The translations under genes were made by a program, and so were the position numbers. 64,000 nucleotides of DNA from Acidimicrobiales bacterium (GTDB lineage: Bacteria > Actinomycetota > Acidimicrobiia > Acidimicrobiales > RAAP-2): positions 66 through 64,065 of the forward strand of contig DAIUEV010000015.1 in NCBI GenBank assembly GCA_036844945.1, given 5' to 3'. The notes under the pieces are model-generated. The model saw only the letters and a list, made by a program, of their open reading frames with translations. It ran no database searches and was not told the origin of the DNA. The stretch's first letter is position 1; the number at the start of each line of letters is the position of its first letter. Below are positions 43,127 through 52,419 of this stretch, piece after piece.

Positions 43127-44557
43127 ATGGCCAGTGGTCGTTCCTCTGGCTCGTCGAGACGTCCGCCCGGTGGCAACGACGCGCTGCGTCGCCTCGCAGA
43201 ACTCGGCGATGGCACCGCCACCGCGACGCGTCCGCGCGAGGACGGGGGGACAGCGAACGAGGACGGGCTCCGGGCCCTCGGCGACCGGATCGGCGGCGGC
43301 CGCACCCGCGGACGCGTCGACGCCCCGCCACGGACCACCGGCCCCGCCCACCAGCGGCGCCGGCCCCGCTGGAGCCGCAAACGCAAGGTGCTCACCACGC
43401 TCGGCCTGGTGATCGGCCTCATCGTCGCCCTGGTCGGCGGGGCCTACCTCTACCTCCAGTACGAGTGGAGCAAGGTCGCCAAGGTGGCCTGCACGTCCTG
43501 CACGGTGCAGGCGGCATCGGCCATCGCGCCGTTCAACGTGCTCATCATCGGCTCGGACACCCGGGCGGGGAACGCCGGTCAGGCGGCCAAGTCCTTCGGC
43601 ACCGCCTCGCTCAACCCGGGCCAGCGCAGCGACACCATCAAGATCCTGCACGTCGACCCGAAGGCCGGCACCGCCGAGCTGCTGTCGATTCCCCGGGACA
43701 CCTGGGTCGAGATGTCCGGCATCCCGCAGAGCACCGGGCTCGCCGGGGCCGAGAAGATCAACACCGCCTTCAACGGCTCGGGGTCGGTCGCCTCGGGGAT
43801 CAACGCGCTGACCGCGACCATCCAGAACACCTTCGGGATCCCGATCAACCACACGATCGTCGTCGACTTCCAGGGGCTAATCGACGGGGTCGGCTCGGTC
43901 GGGGGCGTCAGCATGAACGTGCCCTACCCGGTGCGCGACTGCAGCGAGAACGGCTGCTCCACCGACAACTCGGGACTCAAGATCCTGACGACGGGGTGCC
44001 AGGTGCTGAACGGCAACGAGGTCCTGGCGCTCGCCCGGTCCCGCTACTTCCAGTACGACGACCCCTCGGCGGGCGGCTGGACCTACGACCCGACGAGTGA
44101 CATCGGCCGGATCGAGCGGCAGAACCTGGTCATCGAGGCGCTCATCAAGAAGGTGGAGTCGACCTACAACCCGCTCACGCTCCGGTCGTTCCTCGACTCG
44201 GTCGTCCACGACATCACCGTCGACAACAAGCTCGGCCTCGGGACCATCTACGACCTGGCCACCCGCTACCACGCCTTCTCGCCGTCGCGGCTCGTCAACT
44301 ACACCCTGCCGACGACCCCGGGGCAGAACGGGGGCGGCGACGTCCAGATCGTGTCGGAGCCGGCCGCCCAGCAGATGCTCACCCAGTTCCTCGGGACCGC
44401 ACCGAGCGCCCCGGCCACGCCCCCGCTCGACGTGAACGACGACCCGCTGTCGGTGACCACCACGACCATCGGCGCGAGCACGAGCTCGGGGGCCACCACG
44501 ACCACCACCGCCGTGCCGGTCGACACGATCCCGCCCTTCGACCCGACCCCCTGCTGA
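43127..44557 (+). CDS. LCP family protein (LytR-CpsA-Psr cell-envelope glycopolymer transferase)
   Basis: N-terminal TM anchor. LCP core: NVLIIGSDTR...RSDTIKILHVD...LLSIPRDTWV...INTAF...VVDFQG. Confidence 0.85.
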   Translation: MASGRSSGSSRRPPGGNDALRRLAELGDGTATATRPREDGGTANEDGLRALGDRIGGGRTRGRVDAPPRTTGPAHQRRRPRWSRKRKVLTTLGLVIGLIVALVGGAYLYLQYEWSKVAKVACTSCTVQAASAIAPFNVLIIGSDTRAGNAGQAAKSFGTASLNPGQRSDTIKILHVDPKAGTAELLSIPRDTWVEMSGIPQSTGLAGAEKINTAFNGSGSVASGINALTATIQNTFGIPINHTIVVDFQGLIDGVGSVGGVSMNVPYPVRDCSENGCSTDNSGLKILTTGCQVLNGNEVLALARSRYFQYDDPSAGGWTYDPTSDIGRIERQNLVIEALIKKVESTYNPLTLRSFLDSVVHDITVDNKLGLGTIYDLATRYHAFSPSRLVNYTLPTTPGQNGGGDVQIVSEPAAQQMLTQFLGTAPSAPATPPLDVNDDPLSVTTTTIGASTSSGATTTTTAVPVDTIPPFDPTPC

Positions 44558-44565
44558 GGCCGCCG

Positions 44566-45015
44566 GTGCCGGGACGCCGGCGCCTGCTCGCGCTCGGCGT
44601 GCTGTCGGCGTCACTGGCCCTCCCGACCGCCACCGCGGCCGGAGTGGCGACGGCGCGCTGGGGTGAGCGGCACCGCCCCGAGGTGGCCCACCTCGGGGCC
44701 GACCTCGCCCGGGCCGAACGGGCCGTCGCCTCGCTTCGGGGGGCGCCCAGCCAGCAGGGCCTGCAGTCGGCGCTCGAGGCGTGCTCGGCGCTCGGCGCGA
44801 CCGCGGCGCGGGCCGGGTCCTGGAAGCCCCCGGCCGCCTCCGCACGACATGCACTGGCCCGGCTCGTGTCGCGAACCGGGAGCTACGTCCGCACCTGCCT
44901 CGGGGTCGCGTCGGTCACCACCCCGGGGGGCGCCGCCGCCTCCTATGCCGCGCTCGGGGCAGAGGGGCGTGCGGCGTCCGCCGCCTACTCGTCGTTCCGC
45001 CGGGCGCTCCGCTGA
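44566..45015 (+). CDS. Hypothetical secreted protein (149 aa)
   Basis: Signal-peptide-like N-terminus (RRRLLALGVLSASLALPTATAAG) and an Ala-rich body. No motif recognised. Confidence 0.45.
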   Translation: MPGRRRLLALGVLSASLALPTATAAGVATARWGERHRPEVAHLGADLARAERAVASLRGAPSQQGLQSALEACSALGATAARAGSWKPPAASARHALARLVSRTGSYVRTCLGVASVTTPGGAAASYAALGAEGRAASAAYSSFRRALR

Positions 45016-45030
45016 GCGGCCCCGACGCGA

Positions 45031-45534
45031 TCAGGACGCCTCGGCCGCCACCTCGTCGAGGCCCTGGGTCAGGGCGTTCCAGCTCAGGGTGGCGCACTTG
45101 ATGCGGACCGGGAACTTCACCACGCCCTGGAGGGCGGCGAGCTCGCCCATGGAGGAGAGGTCGACCGGCTCGGGCTCGGCGGGTGCGTCCTCGGTGCCGG
45201 TGGTGCGGTCGTCGTCGGCGAGGGTGGCCTCGTGCACCGTCATCATGGTCTTGAAGGTCCGGATGAGTTTGCGGACCTCCTCGATCGGCTGTCCCTTGAC
45301 GGCGGCCGACATCAGCGAGCCCGAGGACTGGCTGATCGAGCACCCCGACCCGGCCACCTTGATGTCCCGCAGCTGCCCGTCGGCCACCTCCAGGCTGAGG
45401 ACGACCTCGTCGCCGCACAACGGGTTGAACCCCTCCACCCGGTGGGCCGGCGGGACGGGCAGCTCGCCGCGGTTCCGGGGCGAGCGGTAGTGGTCGAGGA
45501 TGATCTCGCGGTAGAGCTCTTCGAGGTCGGGCAT
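45031..45534 (-). CDS. sufU: SUF-system Fe-S scaffold/sulfur acceptor SufU (NifU/IscU-like)
   Basis: YREIILDHYRSPRN, NPLCGDEV, GSGCSISQSS and CATLSW motifs. Confidence 0.9.
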   Translation of the reverse strand: MPDLEELYREIILDHYRSPRNRGELPVPPAHRVEGFNPLCGDEVVLSLEVADGQLRDIKVAGSGCSISQSSGSLMSAAVKGQPIEEVRKLIRTFKTMMTVHEATLADDDRTTGTEDAPAEPEPVDLSSMGELAALQGVVKFPVRIKCATLSWNALTQGLDEVAAEAS

Positions 45535-45559
45535 CAGGCCTGGTCCAGGGCTCGAACGG

Positions 45560-46804
45560 TCACCCGAACACTGTACCGACGTGTCCCAGCCCTTCGATCA
45601 GGGTGTCGATGTCGGACTCGTCGTTGTAGAGGGCGATCGAGGCGCGCGCGGTCGCGTTGACACCGAGCCGTCGCATGAGCGGCTTGGCGCAGTGGTGGCC
45701 CGGCCGCACGCACACCCCGAACTGGTCGAGCACCTGCGCGAGGTCGTGGGGGTGGACGTCGCGGTAGGCGAGCGAGAGGACGCCGCCCCGGTCGCCGCCG
45801 GCCGGCGGCCCGTAGATCCTGAGGTCGTCGCCCAGCCGGTCGTGGAGCGCGTCCATCGCGTACGCGGTGAGGAGCCGCTCGTGGGTGACGATCTGCTCCA
45901 TCCCGATCGCGGTCAGGTACTCGACGGCGGCGGCCAGGCCCACCGCCTGGGCGATGGGCGGGGTGCCGGCCTCGAAGCGCCACGGCGGCTCGGCCGGGGT
46001 GAAGTGGTCGAGCGCCACGTCCAGGATCATCCCGCCGCCGCCGAGGAACGGCGGCATCGCCTCCATGAGCTCCCGGCGTCCCCACAGGACCCCGATGCCG
46101 GTCGGCCCCTGCATCTTGTGGCCGGAGAAGGCGAGGAAGTCGGCCCCGAGGGTCTTCACGTCGGTGACCTGGTGGGGGACCGACTGGGCCCCGTCGACCA
46201 CCACGATCGCGCCCTGCCGGTGGGCGGCCTCGGCCAGCGCCGGCACCGGGTTGATGGTCCCGAGCACGTTGGACATCGCGCTGACTGCCAGCACCTTGGC
46301 CCCCGCCAGCGTCCGCTCGAGGTCGGCGAGGTCGAGCCGCCCCTGGCCGTCGACCGGCAGGTAGCGCAGCTCGAGGCCGACCGACTCGGCCAGCATCAGC
46401 CAGGGGACGAGGTTGGAGTGGTGCTCCATCTCGGTGAGGACGACGACGTCTTTGGGGCCGAGGTTGGTGCGGCCCCAGCTGTGGGCCACGAGGTTGAGCG
46501 CCTCGGTGGCGTTCTTCGTGAAGACGATCTCGCGTTTGGGGTCCGGGGCGCCGATGAACCGCCCGACGGTCCGGCGGGCGCCCTCGTACAGCGCGGTCGC
46601 GCCCTCGGCGGTCGCGTAGACGCCCCGGTGGACGTTGGCGTGGGTGGTCTCGTAGTACTGCTCGATGGCGGCGAGCACCGCCCGGGGCTGGAGCGAGGAC
46701 GACGCGGAGTCGAGATAGACGATCGGATGGCCGTGGACCGTCCGGGTCAGCAGGGGGAAGTCCTTCCGGACGATCTCGGTGTCGAGCGGGTCGCGGCTGC
46801 TCAC
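45560..46804 (-). CDS. sufS: Cysteine desulfurase SufS (class V aminotransferase, group II)
   Basis: IVYLDSASSS, HANVHRG, FSGHKM (PLP Lys) and RPGHHCAKPL (active-site Cys loop). GTG 46804 overlaps the sufC stop (GTGA). Confidence 0.9.
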   Translation of the reverse strand: MSSRDPLDTEIVRKDFPLLTRTVHGHPIVYLDSASSSLQPRAVLAAIEQYYETTHANVHRGVYATAEGATALYEGARRTVGRFIGAPDPKREIVFTKNATEALNLVAHSWGRTNLGPKDVVVLTEMEHHSNLVPWLMLAESVGLELRYLPVDGQGRLDLADLERTLAGAKVLAVSAMSNVLGTINPVPALAEAAHRQGAIVVVDGAQSVPHQVTDVKTLGADFLAFSGHKMQGPTGIGVLWGRRELMEAMPPFLGGGGMILDVALDHFTPAEPPWRFEAGTPPIAQAVGLAAAVEYLTAIGMEQIVTHERLLTAYAMDALHDRLGDDLRIYGPPAGGDRGGVLSLAYRDVHPHDLAQVLDQFGVCVRPGHHCAKPLMRRLGVNATARASIALYNDESDIDTLIEGLGHVGTVFG

Positions 46805-47562
46805 GGGGTCCGCCACGCGTCGTAGCCGCCCGACTCGATGCGGGCCGCCAGCTCCGCCCCGCCGCTCTCGACGATGCGGCCGTCGATCATGAGATGGACC
46901 CGGTCGGGCACGAGGTCGCGCAGGATCCGCTGGTAGTGGGTGACGACGAGCACCCCCATCTCGGGGCGGAGCCCCCGCACCGTGGTCACCCCCCGCCCGA
47001 CGACCCCCAGCGCGTCGACGTCCAATCCCGAGTCGGTCTCGTCGAGGACCGCCACCTCGGGGTCGAGGAGGGCCATCTGGAGGATCTCGTTGCGCTTGCG
47101 CTCGCCGCCGGAGAACCCCTCGTTGAGGTAGCGCTCCCCGAAGGCGGGGTCCATGCCGAGGCGTTCCATCCACTCGGTCATGGCCACCCGGACCTCGAGG
47201 ACCGAGATGTCGGTGCCCTGGCGGGCCGACATCGCCTGGCGCAGGAACTGGGTGACCGAGACCCCCGAGAGCGCCTCGGGGTACTGGAAGGCGAGGAACA
47301 GCCCGGCCTTGCCCCGCACCTCGGTCGGCCAGCTCGTGATGTCCTCGCCCTTCAGGCGGATGGCGCCCCCGGTGACCCGGTAGCCGGGGTGCCCGAGCAG
47401 GACGTTGGCCAGCGTGGACTTGCCGGCCCCGTTCGGGCCCATGAGCGCGTGGACCTCGCCCGGGAGCACCGAGAAGGTGACGCCGCGGAGGATCTCGGCG
47501 CCTTCGGCACTTACCCGGAGGTCGTCCACCTCGAGGAGGGGGGAGGGGGTTCCCACGATCAA
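46801..47562 (-). CDS. sufC: Fe-S cluster assembly ATPase SufC (canonical copy)
   Basis: GPNGAGKSTL, GLFLAFQYP, FSGGERKRNEILQM, AVLDETDSGLD and VTHY. Start is TTG 47562 or GTG 47556. Confidence 0.9.
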   Translation of the reverse strand: MIVGTPSPLLEVDDLRVSAEGAEILRGVTFSVLPGEVHALMGPNGAGKSTLANVLLGHPGYRVTGGAIRLKGEDITSWPTEVRGKAGLFLAFQYPEALSGVSVTQFLRQAMSARQGTDISVLEVRVAMTEWMERLGMDPAFGERYLNEGFSGGERKRNEILQMALLDPEVAVLDETDSGLDVDALGVVGRGVTTVRGLRPEMGVLVVTHYQRILRDLVPDRVHLMIDGRIVESGGAELAARIESGGYDAWRTP

Positions 47563-47629
47563 AATCTTACTACTTTGGTCAACTTTCCCGACCGGGACCT
47601 CTGGTGCATGTCGCCCCAGGTCAGGACCC

Positions 47630-48247
47630 TCACCAGCCCCGGTCCACCCACTCCTGGAGGCTCGGGGACTCGGCTCCGATCGTGGTCGAGGACCCGTGGC
47701 CGGGGAGCACCACCGTCTCGCCCGAGAACCGGGCGAAGAGGCGCTGCTCGATCGACCGGATGATGGTCGGGAAGTCCCCGCCCTCGAACTTGGTGTTGCC
47801 GGGGCCGCCCGGGAACAGCGTGTCCCCGGTGAGCAAGAGGGGGGTGCCCTCGACGGCGAAGCAGATCGACCCGGGGGTGTGGCCCGGGGTGGCGATCGTG
47901 CGCACCCGCAGCTTGCCCACCTGGAGGACCGAATCGTCCTCCAGGATGAGGTCGTAGCTCGGCAGCATGGCGGCGTCCGCGGCGGTCACCGAGACGCTAA
48001 TGCCGGCGTCCCGGACGGCCGGGACCGCCTGGATGTGGTCCCAGTGCCCGTGGGTCTCGACCACCTGGTTCACCCCGAGCCGCTGGCACACCTCGAGCAG
48101 GGCCTCGTGCTCGTTGGCCGCGTCGACCAGCATCGCGTCGCCGGTCCGGCGGCATCGCAGCACGTAGACGTTGTTGTCGATGGGGCCGACCACCATGCGG
48201 TGCAGCTCGCAGGCGGCGTCCTCCCAGATGCGGACAAGTTCGGGCAC
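47630..48247 (-). CDS. MBL-fold metallo-hydrolase (glyoxalase II-like)
   Basis: THGHWDHIQAV (HxHxDH), TPGHTPGS and LPGHG. Start is GTG 48247 or ATG 48196. Confidence 0.8.
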   Translation of the reverse strand: MPELVRIWEDAACELHRMVVGPIDNNVYVLRCRRTGDAMLVDAANEHEALLEVCQRLGVNQVVETHGHWDHIQAVPAVRDAGISVSVTAADAAMLPSYDLILEDDSVLQVGKLRVRTIATPGHTPGSICFAVEGTPLLLTGDTLFPGGPGNTKFEGGDFPTIIRSIEQRLFARFSGETVVLPGHGSSTTIGAESPSLQEWVDRGW

Positions 48248-48448
48248 GCCCCCAGGATCCCACAGCACCCGGGCCCGTGAAATCCCCTGATCGGGTGGAT
48301 CGAGGGAGGGGCGGGCGGTCCCTGGAAACGTTCCCGTTGTCGGTGAAACCCCGATTCTGGTAAGAAACGCAGGCGACGTCGGGGGCAAGTGTCCTGTCGA
48401 CGTGTCGGGCCCGTGCCCGGTCGCGATCACGAAGAAGAGAGAGCCGCA

Positions 48449-49564
48449 ATGAACTTTGCCTTCAGCGAGGAGCAGGAGGAGCTCCGGAGCGCCGTCAAGC
48501 GCTTCCTCCAGGAGAAGTCCCCCGAGACCGAGGTCCGGCGGCTCATGGAGACCGAGGACGGGTACGACCCGGCGGTGTGGTCCCAGATGGCGGACCAGCT
48601 TGGGCTCCAGTCGCTGACCATCCCCGAGGAGTACGGCGGGTCCGGGTTCACCTATGTGGAGCTCGTGGTCGTGCTCGAGGAGATGGGCTTTGCCCTCCTG
48701 TGCGCCCCGTTCTTCTCGACGGTCGCGCTGGCGGCCAACGCGCTGCTCACCTCCGGCGACGACCAGGCCAAGAAGGACCTGCTGCCCGGGCTCGCCTCCG
48801 GCGAGACCATCGGCACGCTCGCGATCACCGAGGACAACGGCCGCTGGGACTTCGACGGCATCGCGCTGCAGGCCACCGAGTCCAAGGGGAACTGGACCCT
48901 CGACGGGCACAAGTCGTTCGTCATCGACGGCCACAGCGCCCAGTTGATCGTGGTGGCGGCCCGCACCGCCGCGGGCCTCAGCCTCTTCGCGGTCGAGGGC
49001 GACGCCTCCGGGCTGACCCGCACCTCGCTGCCCACCATGGACCAGACCCGCAAGCAGGCCCGGCTCGTCTTCGAGTCCACCCCGGCCCGGCTGGTCGGGA
49101 CCGACGGTGGGGCGGCCGACGGCCTGACCAAGACCCTCGACCTCGCCGCGGTAGCGCTCGCCGCCGAGCAGGTGGGCGGGGCCCAGCACTGCCTCGACAG
49201 CTCGGTCGACTACGCCAAGAACCGGATCCAGTTCGGGCGGCCGATTGGCAGCTTCCAGGCCATCAAGCACAAGTGCGCCGACATGCTGCTCGAGGTCGAG
49301 TCGGCCAAGTCCGCCGCGTACTACGCCGGATGGGCGGCGGCCGAGGACTCCGACGAACTCCCGGTGGTGGCCAGCCTGGCCAAGTCGTACTGCTCGGAGG
49401 CCTACTTCCACGCGGCCGCCGAGAACATCCAGATCCACGGCGGCATCGGGTTCACCTGGGAGCACGACGCGCACCTGTACTTCAAGCGGGCGAAGTCCTC
49501 CGAGCTGCTTTTCGGGGACCCCGCCTACCACCGCGAGCTGCTCGCCCAGCGGATCGGGATCTGA
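48449..49564 (+). CDS. Acyl-CoA dehydrogenase family protein
   Basis: N-terminus MNFAFSEEQEELR and C-terminus QIHGGIGFTWEHDAHLYFKRAK. Start at ATG 48449. Confidence 0.9.
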   Translation: MNFAFSEEQEELRSAVKRFLQEKSPETEVRRLMETEDGYDPAVWSQMADQLGLQSLTIPEEYGGSGFTYVELVVVLEEMGFALLCAPFFSTVALAANALLTSGDDQAKKDLLPGLASGETIGTLAITEDNGRWDFDGIALQATESKGNWTLDGHKSFVIDGHSAQLIVVAARTAAGLSLFAVEGDASGLTRTSLPTMDQTRKQARLVFESTPARLVGTDGGAADGLTKTLDLAAVALAAEQVGGAQHCLDSSVDYAKNRIQFGRPIGSFQAIKHKCADMLLEVESAKSAAYYAGWAAAEDSDELPVVASLAKSYCSEAYFHAAAENIQIHGGIGFTWEHDAHLYFKRAKSSELLFGDPAYHRELLAQRIGI

Positions 49565-49606
49565 CCCACCCAGTCGTCGCCCGCCTCACGCCACCGGTCC
49601 GGTGAC

Positions 49607-50350
49607 GTGAGCGGCCAGTGGTCCGAGACGGCCGGCCCCTCCGGGACGCTTCGCTTCTACGCGGCAGGTGGCTCGCGAGATGGGACCGCGCCACTCCTGC
49701 TCATCTGCCCGGAGCTGCCCTCCGTCGAGGGGGCCGGCGCCGACGTTGCCCTCCCTTACGAGGCGGTGGCCGAGCGGGTGGCCCAGGAGTCGGGCTGGCG
49801 GGTCCTCGCCGCGATGTTCCGGGGCCTCGGCGGGTCGGCCGGCAGCTTCTCGGCGGCGGGCTGGCTCGACGACGCGACCGCGCTTGTGGACGCCGAGATC
49901 GGGGTGCGGGCCGGGCTCCGGGCGGCCGGGTTCGGCCTCGGCGGGGCAGTGGCGCTGGCCCTCGCGGCGCGCGACGAGCGGGTGCGTGGGGTGGCCTGCT
50001 TCGCCGTGCCGACCGCGCTGGCCGGGTGGGGGAGCGACCCGGGGGCGCTGGCCGAGCGGTGCCGGTCGGCGGGGGTGATCGAAGCCGGGTTCCCCGCGGA
50101 CCCGGCGGCCTGGGCGGCCGAGCTCGCCCTCCTCGAGCCGGCGACGTCCGTGTCCCGGCTCTCCGGGCGACCTCTCCTCGTCGTCCAGGGCTCCGAGGAC
50201 AGCGCGGTGGCGCCGGGCTCGGCCGTGGCGCTCGCCGATGCCGGTGGACCGGGGGCCGAACTGCGCATGGTGCTCGGGGCCGGGCACTGGCTTCGCGCCG
50301 ACCCGCGGGCCACCGCCACGCTCATCGGCTGGCTCGAACGTCAGTCCTGA
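49607..50350 (+). CDS. Alpha/beta-hydrolase-fold protein lacking the nucleophile serine
   Basis: The fold-typical elbow reads GFGLGG where GxSxG is expected. Asp (QGSEDS) and His (GAGHWL) positions are present. Confidence 0.6.
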   Translation: MSGQWSETAGPSGTLRFYAAGGSRDGTAPLLLICPELPSVEGAGADVALPYEAVAERVAQESGWRVLAAMFRGLGGSAGSFSAAGWLDDATALVDAEIGVRAGLRAAGFGLGGAVALALAARDERVRGVACFAVPTALAGWGSDPGALAERCRSAGVIEAGFPADPAAWAAELALLEPATSVSRLSGRPLLVVQGSEDSAVAPGSAVALADAGGPGAELRMVLGAGHWLRADPRATATLIGWLERQS

Positions 50351-50982
50351 GCGACTCCCTCGAGCGATTCGGCGATCGCGTCGGACAGGGCACGGGCCGC
50401 CCGCTCCGGATCGGCCGCCTCGGTGAGGAAACGAACGACCACGAAGTGCCGGGCGCCGGCCGAGGCGAGCTCGCCGACGGTGGCCGGTGTCACCCCGCCG
50501 GTCACGAACACCGGCCAGGGCGATCGGGCCGCCGCGGTCGTGAGGTAGCCCAGGCCGGTCCCGGCCCGCCCCGGCTTCGTCGGGGTCGGCACGACCGGCC
50601 CGGCCGAGAGGTAGTCGACCGGCTCGGCCAGAGCGCGCTCGAGGTCGTCGAGCGAGTGGGTCGAGTGGCCGATGATGGCGTCGTCGCCGAGCAGGCGGCG
50701 GGCCAGCGAGCACGGGGCGTCGTCCTGGCCGAGATGCACGCCGTCCGCGCCGACCTCGAGCGCGAGGTCGGGGCGGTCGTTCAGGATGAACGGGACCCCG
50801 TGGGCCGAGCACACCTCGCGGGCCAGGCGAGCCCGCTCGAGCAGGGGCCGCGCCTCGAGCTCCTTGTCTCGGAGCTGGACGACGTCAACACCGCCGCGGA
50901 TGGCGGCCTCGAGGAAGAGCGCGAGATCGGGGCGGTCCGCGGTGCAGAGGTAGAGCCGGCGGCCGGCGATGCCGACGTTCAC
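50341..50982 (-). CDS. thiE: Thiamine-phosphate synthase
   Basis: VVQLRDK, FILNDRPDLA, DGVHLGQDD and GPV.PT.TKPG motifs. Confidence 0.85.
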   Translation of the reverse strand: MNVGIAGRRLYLCTADRPDLALFLEAAIRGGVDVVQLRDKELEARPLLERARLAREVCSAHGVPFILNDRPDLALEVGADGVHLGQDDAPCSLARRLLGDDAIIGHSTHSLDDLERALAEPVDYLSAGPVVPTPTKPGRAGTGLGYLTTAAARSPWPVFVTGGVTPATVGELASAGARHFVVVRFLTEAADPERAARALSDAIAESLEGVAQD

Positions 50983-51569
50983 GTAGCCGACTTGGCGGCC
51001 GCCTTCATCTGCTTCTTGAACTCGCGCACCTTCGCCAGGCTCGCCTCGCTCACGATGTCGGCCACCGACCGGAAGGAGCCGGGCTCACCGTACGGGACTG
51101 ACGCTTCGACCCACCCCTCCGGCCTCACGCGCAGCTGTTTGCCGAGGAGCGCGGCGAAGATGCGGGCCTTCTGGTCCCCGAAGCCCGGAAGCGACTTGAG
51201 GCGGGCGACAAGCTCGTGGCCGCTCGTCACCCCCTTCCACACGTTGGCGGCGTCGCCGTCGTACTGTTCGGCAATCTCCGCCGCCAGGGCCTGGACCCGC
51301 TTGGCCATCGACGCGGGATAGCGGTGGATCGAAGGCTTGCCGGCGAAGGCAGCGGCCAGCTTCTCGGGGTCCATCGACGCGATGTCGGACGCGTCCAGCG
51401 GCCCTCCCAGCCGACGTTCCAGCTCCCGGGGGCCGCGGAAGGCCCACTCGAGCGGGACCTGTTGGTCGAGCACCATTCCGATGAGCAAAGCGAAAGGGCT
51501 CTCGGTGAGGAGCCGGTCCGATTCCGGGTCCTGCGCCAGCTGTAGCGCCACTACCTGGGACTTTGCCAT
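50979..51569 (-). CDS. HhH-GPD-type base-excision DNA repair protein
   Basis: FALLIGMVLDQQVPLEWAFRGP and LPGFGDQKARIF (helix-hairpin-helix). Start at ATG 51569, a 4-nt overlap with the thiE start. Confidence 0.75.
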   Translation of the reverse strand: MAKSQVVALQLAQDPESDRLLTESPFALLIGMVLDQQVPLEWAFRGPRELERRLGGPLDASDIASMDPEKLAAAFAGKPSIHRYPASMAKRVQALAAEIAEQYDGDAANVWKGVTSGHELVARLKSLPGFGDQKARIFAALLGKQLRVRPEGWVEASVPYGEPGSFRSVADIVSEASLAKVREFKKQMKAAAKSAT

Positions 51570-51708
51570 GGGCGAGAGTGTACCGGGCCCTCGATCGGCT
51601 GCTGCTATCGATGATCGTGATACTGAGCCGTCGATTGAGGTGCTTCGGTCCGGCCGAACGCATCTCACCACGAGGTTCGTCACGGCTTTCGTGCAAGGTC
51701 CGGCTGCT

Positions 51709-52359
51709 TCAGCGCGAACCAACTCTCGTCGGCACCGCTGGCCCATCAGAAACTAAGGCCATCGCCGTGTCGACGATCCAGGCTTCGACCTCGTCGAAGG
51801 CCCAGCCGTATTCCCCGCCGAGGGTGCGCCAGGTGGCCGGAAGCGACAAGAAGCTCAGGACGTCCGCGGCGTGAGCGAGGGGCACTGTCGTTTTGACCTT
51901 TCCGAGCGACTCGAGCCTCTCGACCACGATTCCACAACCGGCGCGATGGATGACCATCCCCTCCTCCCAGGCCTCGGCGGCAACGGGCTCGAACGGTGCG
52001 GCCGACTCGATCGCGAACATCAACTCCCCCGAGGTCTCCAACAGTCGCCTGACCCCAGCAACAAAGCGAGAGATCACTTGTCGTGCATCGCTGATCAGCT
52101 CGAAGGGTTCCCGCATATCCTCCGGCACCCCGGCGGCGACGGGGATCATCTTCCGCAGCTCGCCGAGGATCGCCGGCTTCGTGCCGACGCTCACATAGAC
52201 GGTCGGCAATGCCACGCGTGCTGCGGCAGCGATGTCGGCGACGGTGGTCCGCGCATAGCCGCGCTCTATGAAGAGCGCCCGTGCCGCGTCGAGGATCGCT
52301 TGGCGCGTCGCCTCGGCTTGCTCCTGCCTGCGCTCCGAGTGGTACTTGGCCCTTGACAC
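51709..52359 (-). CDS. TetR/AcrR family transcriptional regulator
   Basis: ILDAARALFIERGYARTTVADIAAAARVALPTVYVSV HTH region. GTG start. Divergent from the glycosyltransferase. Confidence 0.85.
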   Translation of the reverse strand: MSRAKYHSERRQEQAEATRQAILDAARALFIERGYARTTVADIAAAARVALPTVYVSVGTKPAILGELRKMIPVAAGVPEDMREPFELISDARQVISRFVAGVRRLLETSGELMFAIESAAPFEPVAAEAWEEGMVIHRAGCGIVVERLESLGKVKTTVPLAHAADVLSFLSLPATWRTLGGEYGWAFDEVEAWIVDTAMALVSDGPAVPTRVGSR

Positions 52360-52419
52360 ACCTCGATACTACAGTGTTACTATTCATTAGACGATACATC
52401 TTACGATTTGGAGGTGCCG

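Noticed and set aside
50979-51100. TPP riboswitch upstream of thiE.
   Set aside because: The thiE start overlaps the stop of the preceding HhH-GPD gene by 4 nt. There is no leader in which a riboswitch could sit.
52360-52419. CGATAC direct repeats as a defined TetR operator.
   Set aside because: The repeat is only 6 bp with no dyad symmetry, so it could arise by chance in an AT-rich spacer. I mention it under the TetR/GT1 finding but do not call it as a feature.
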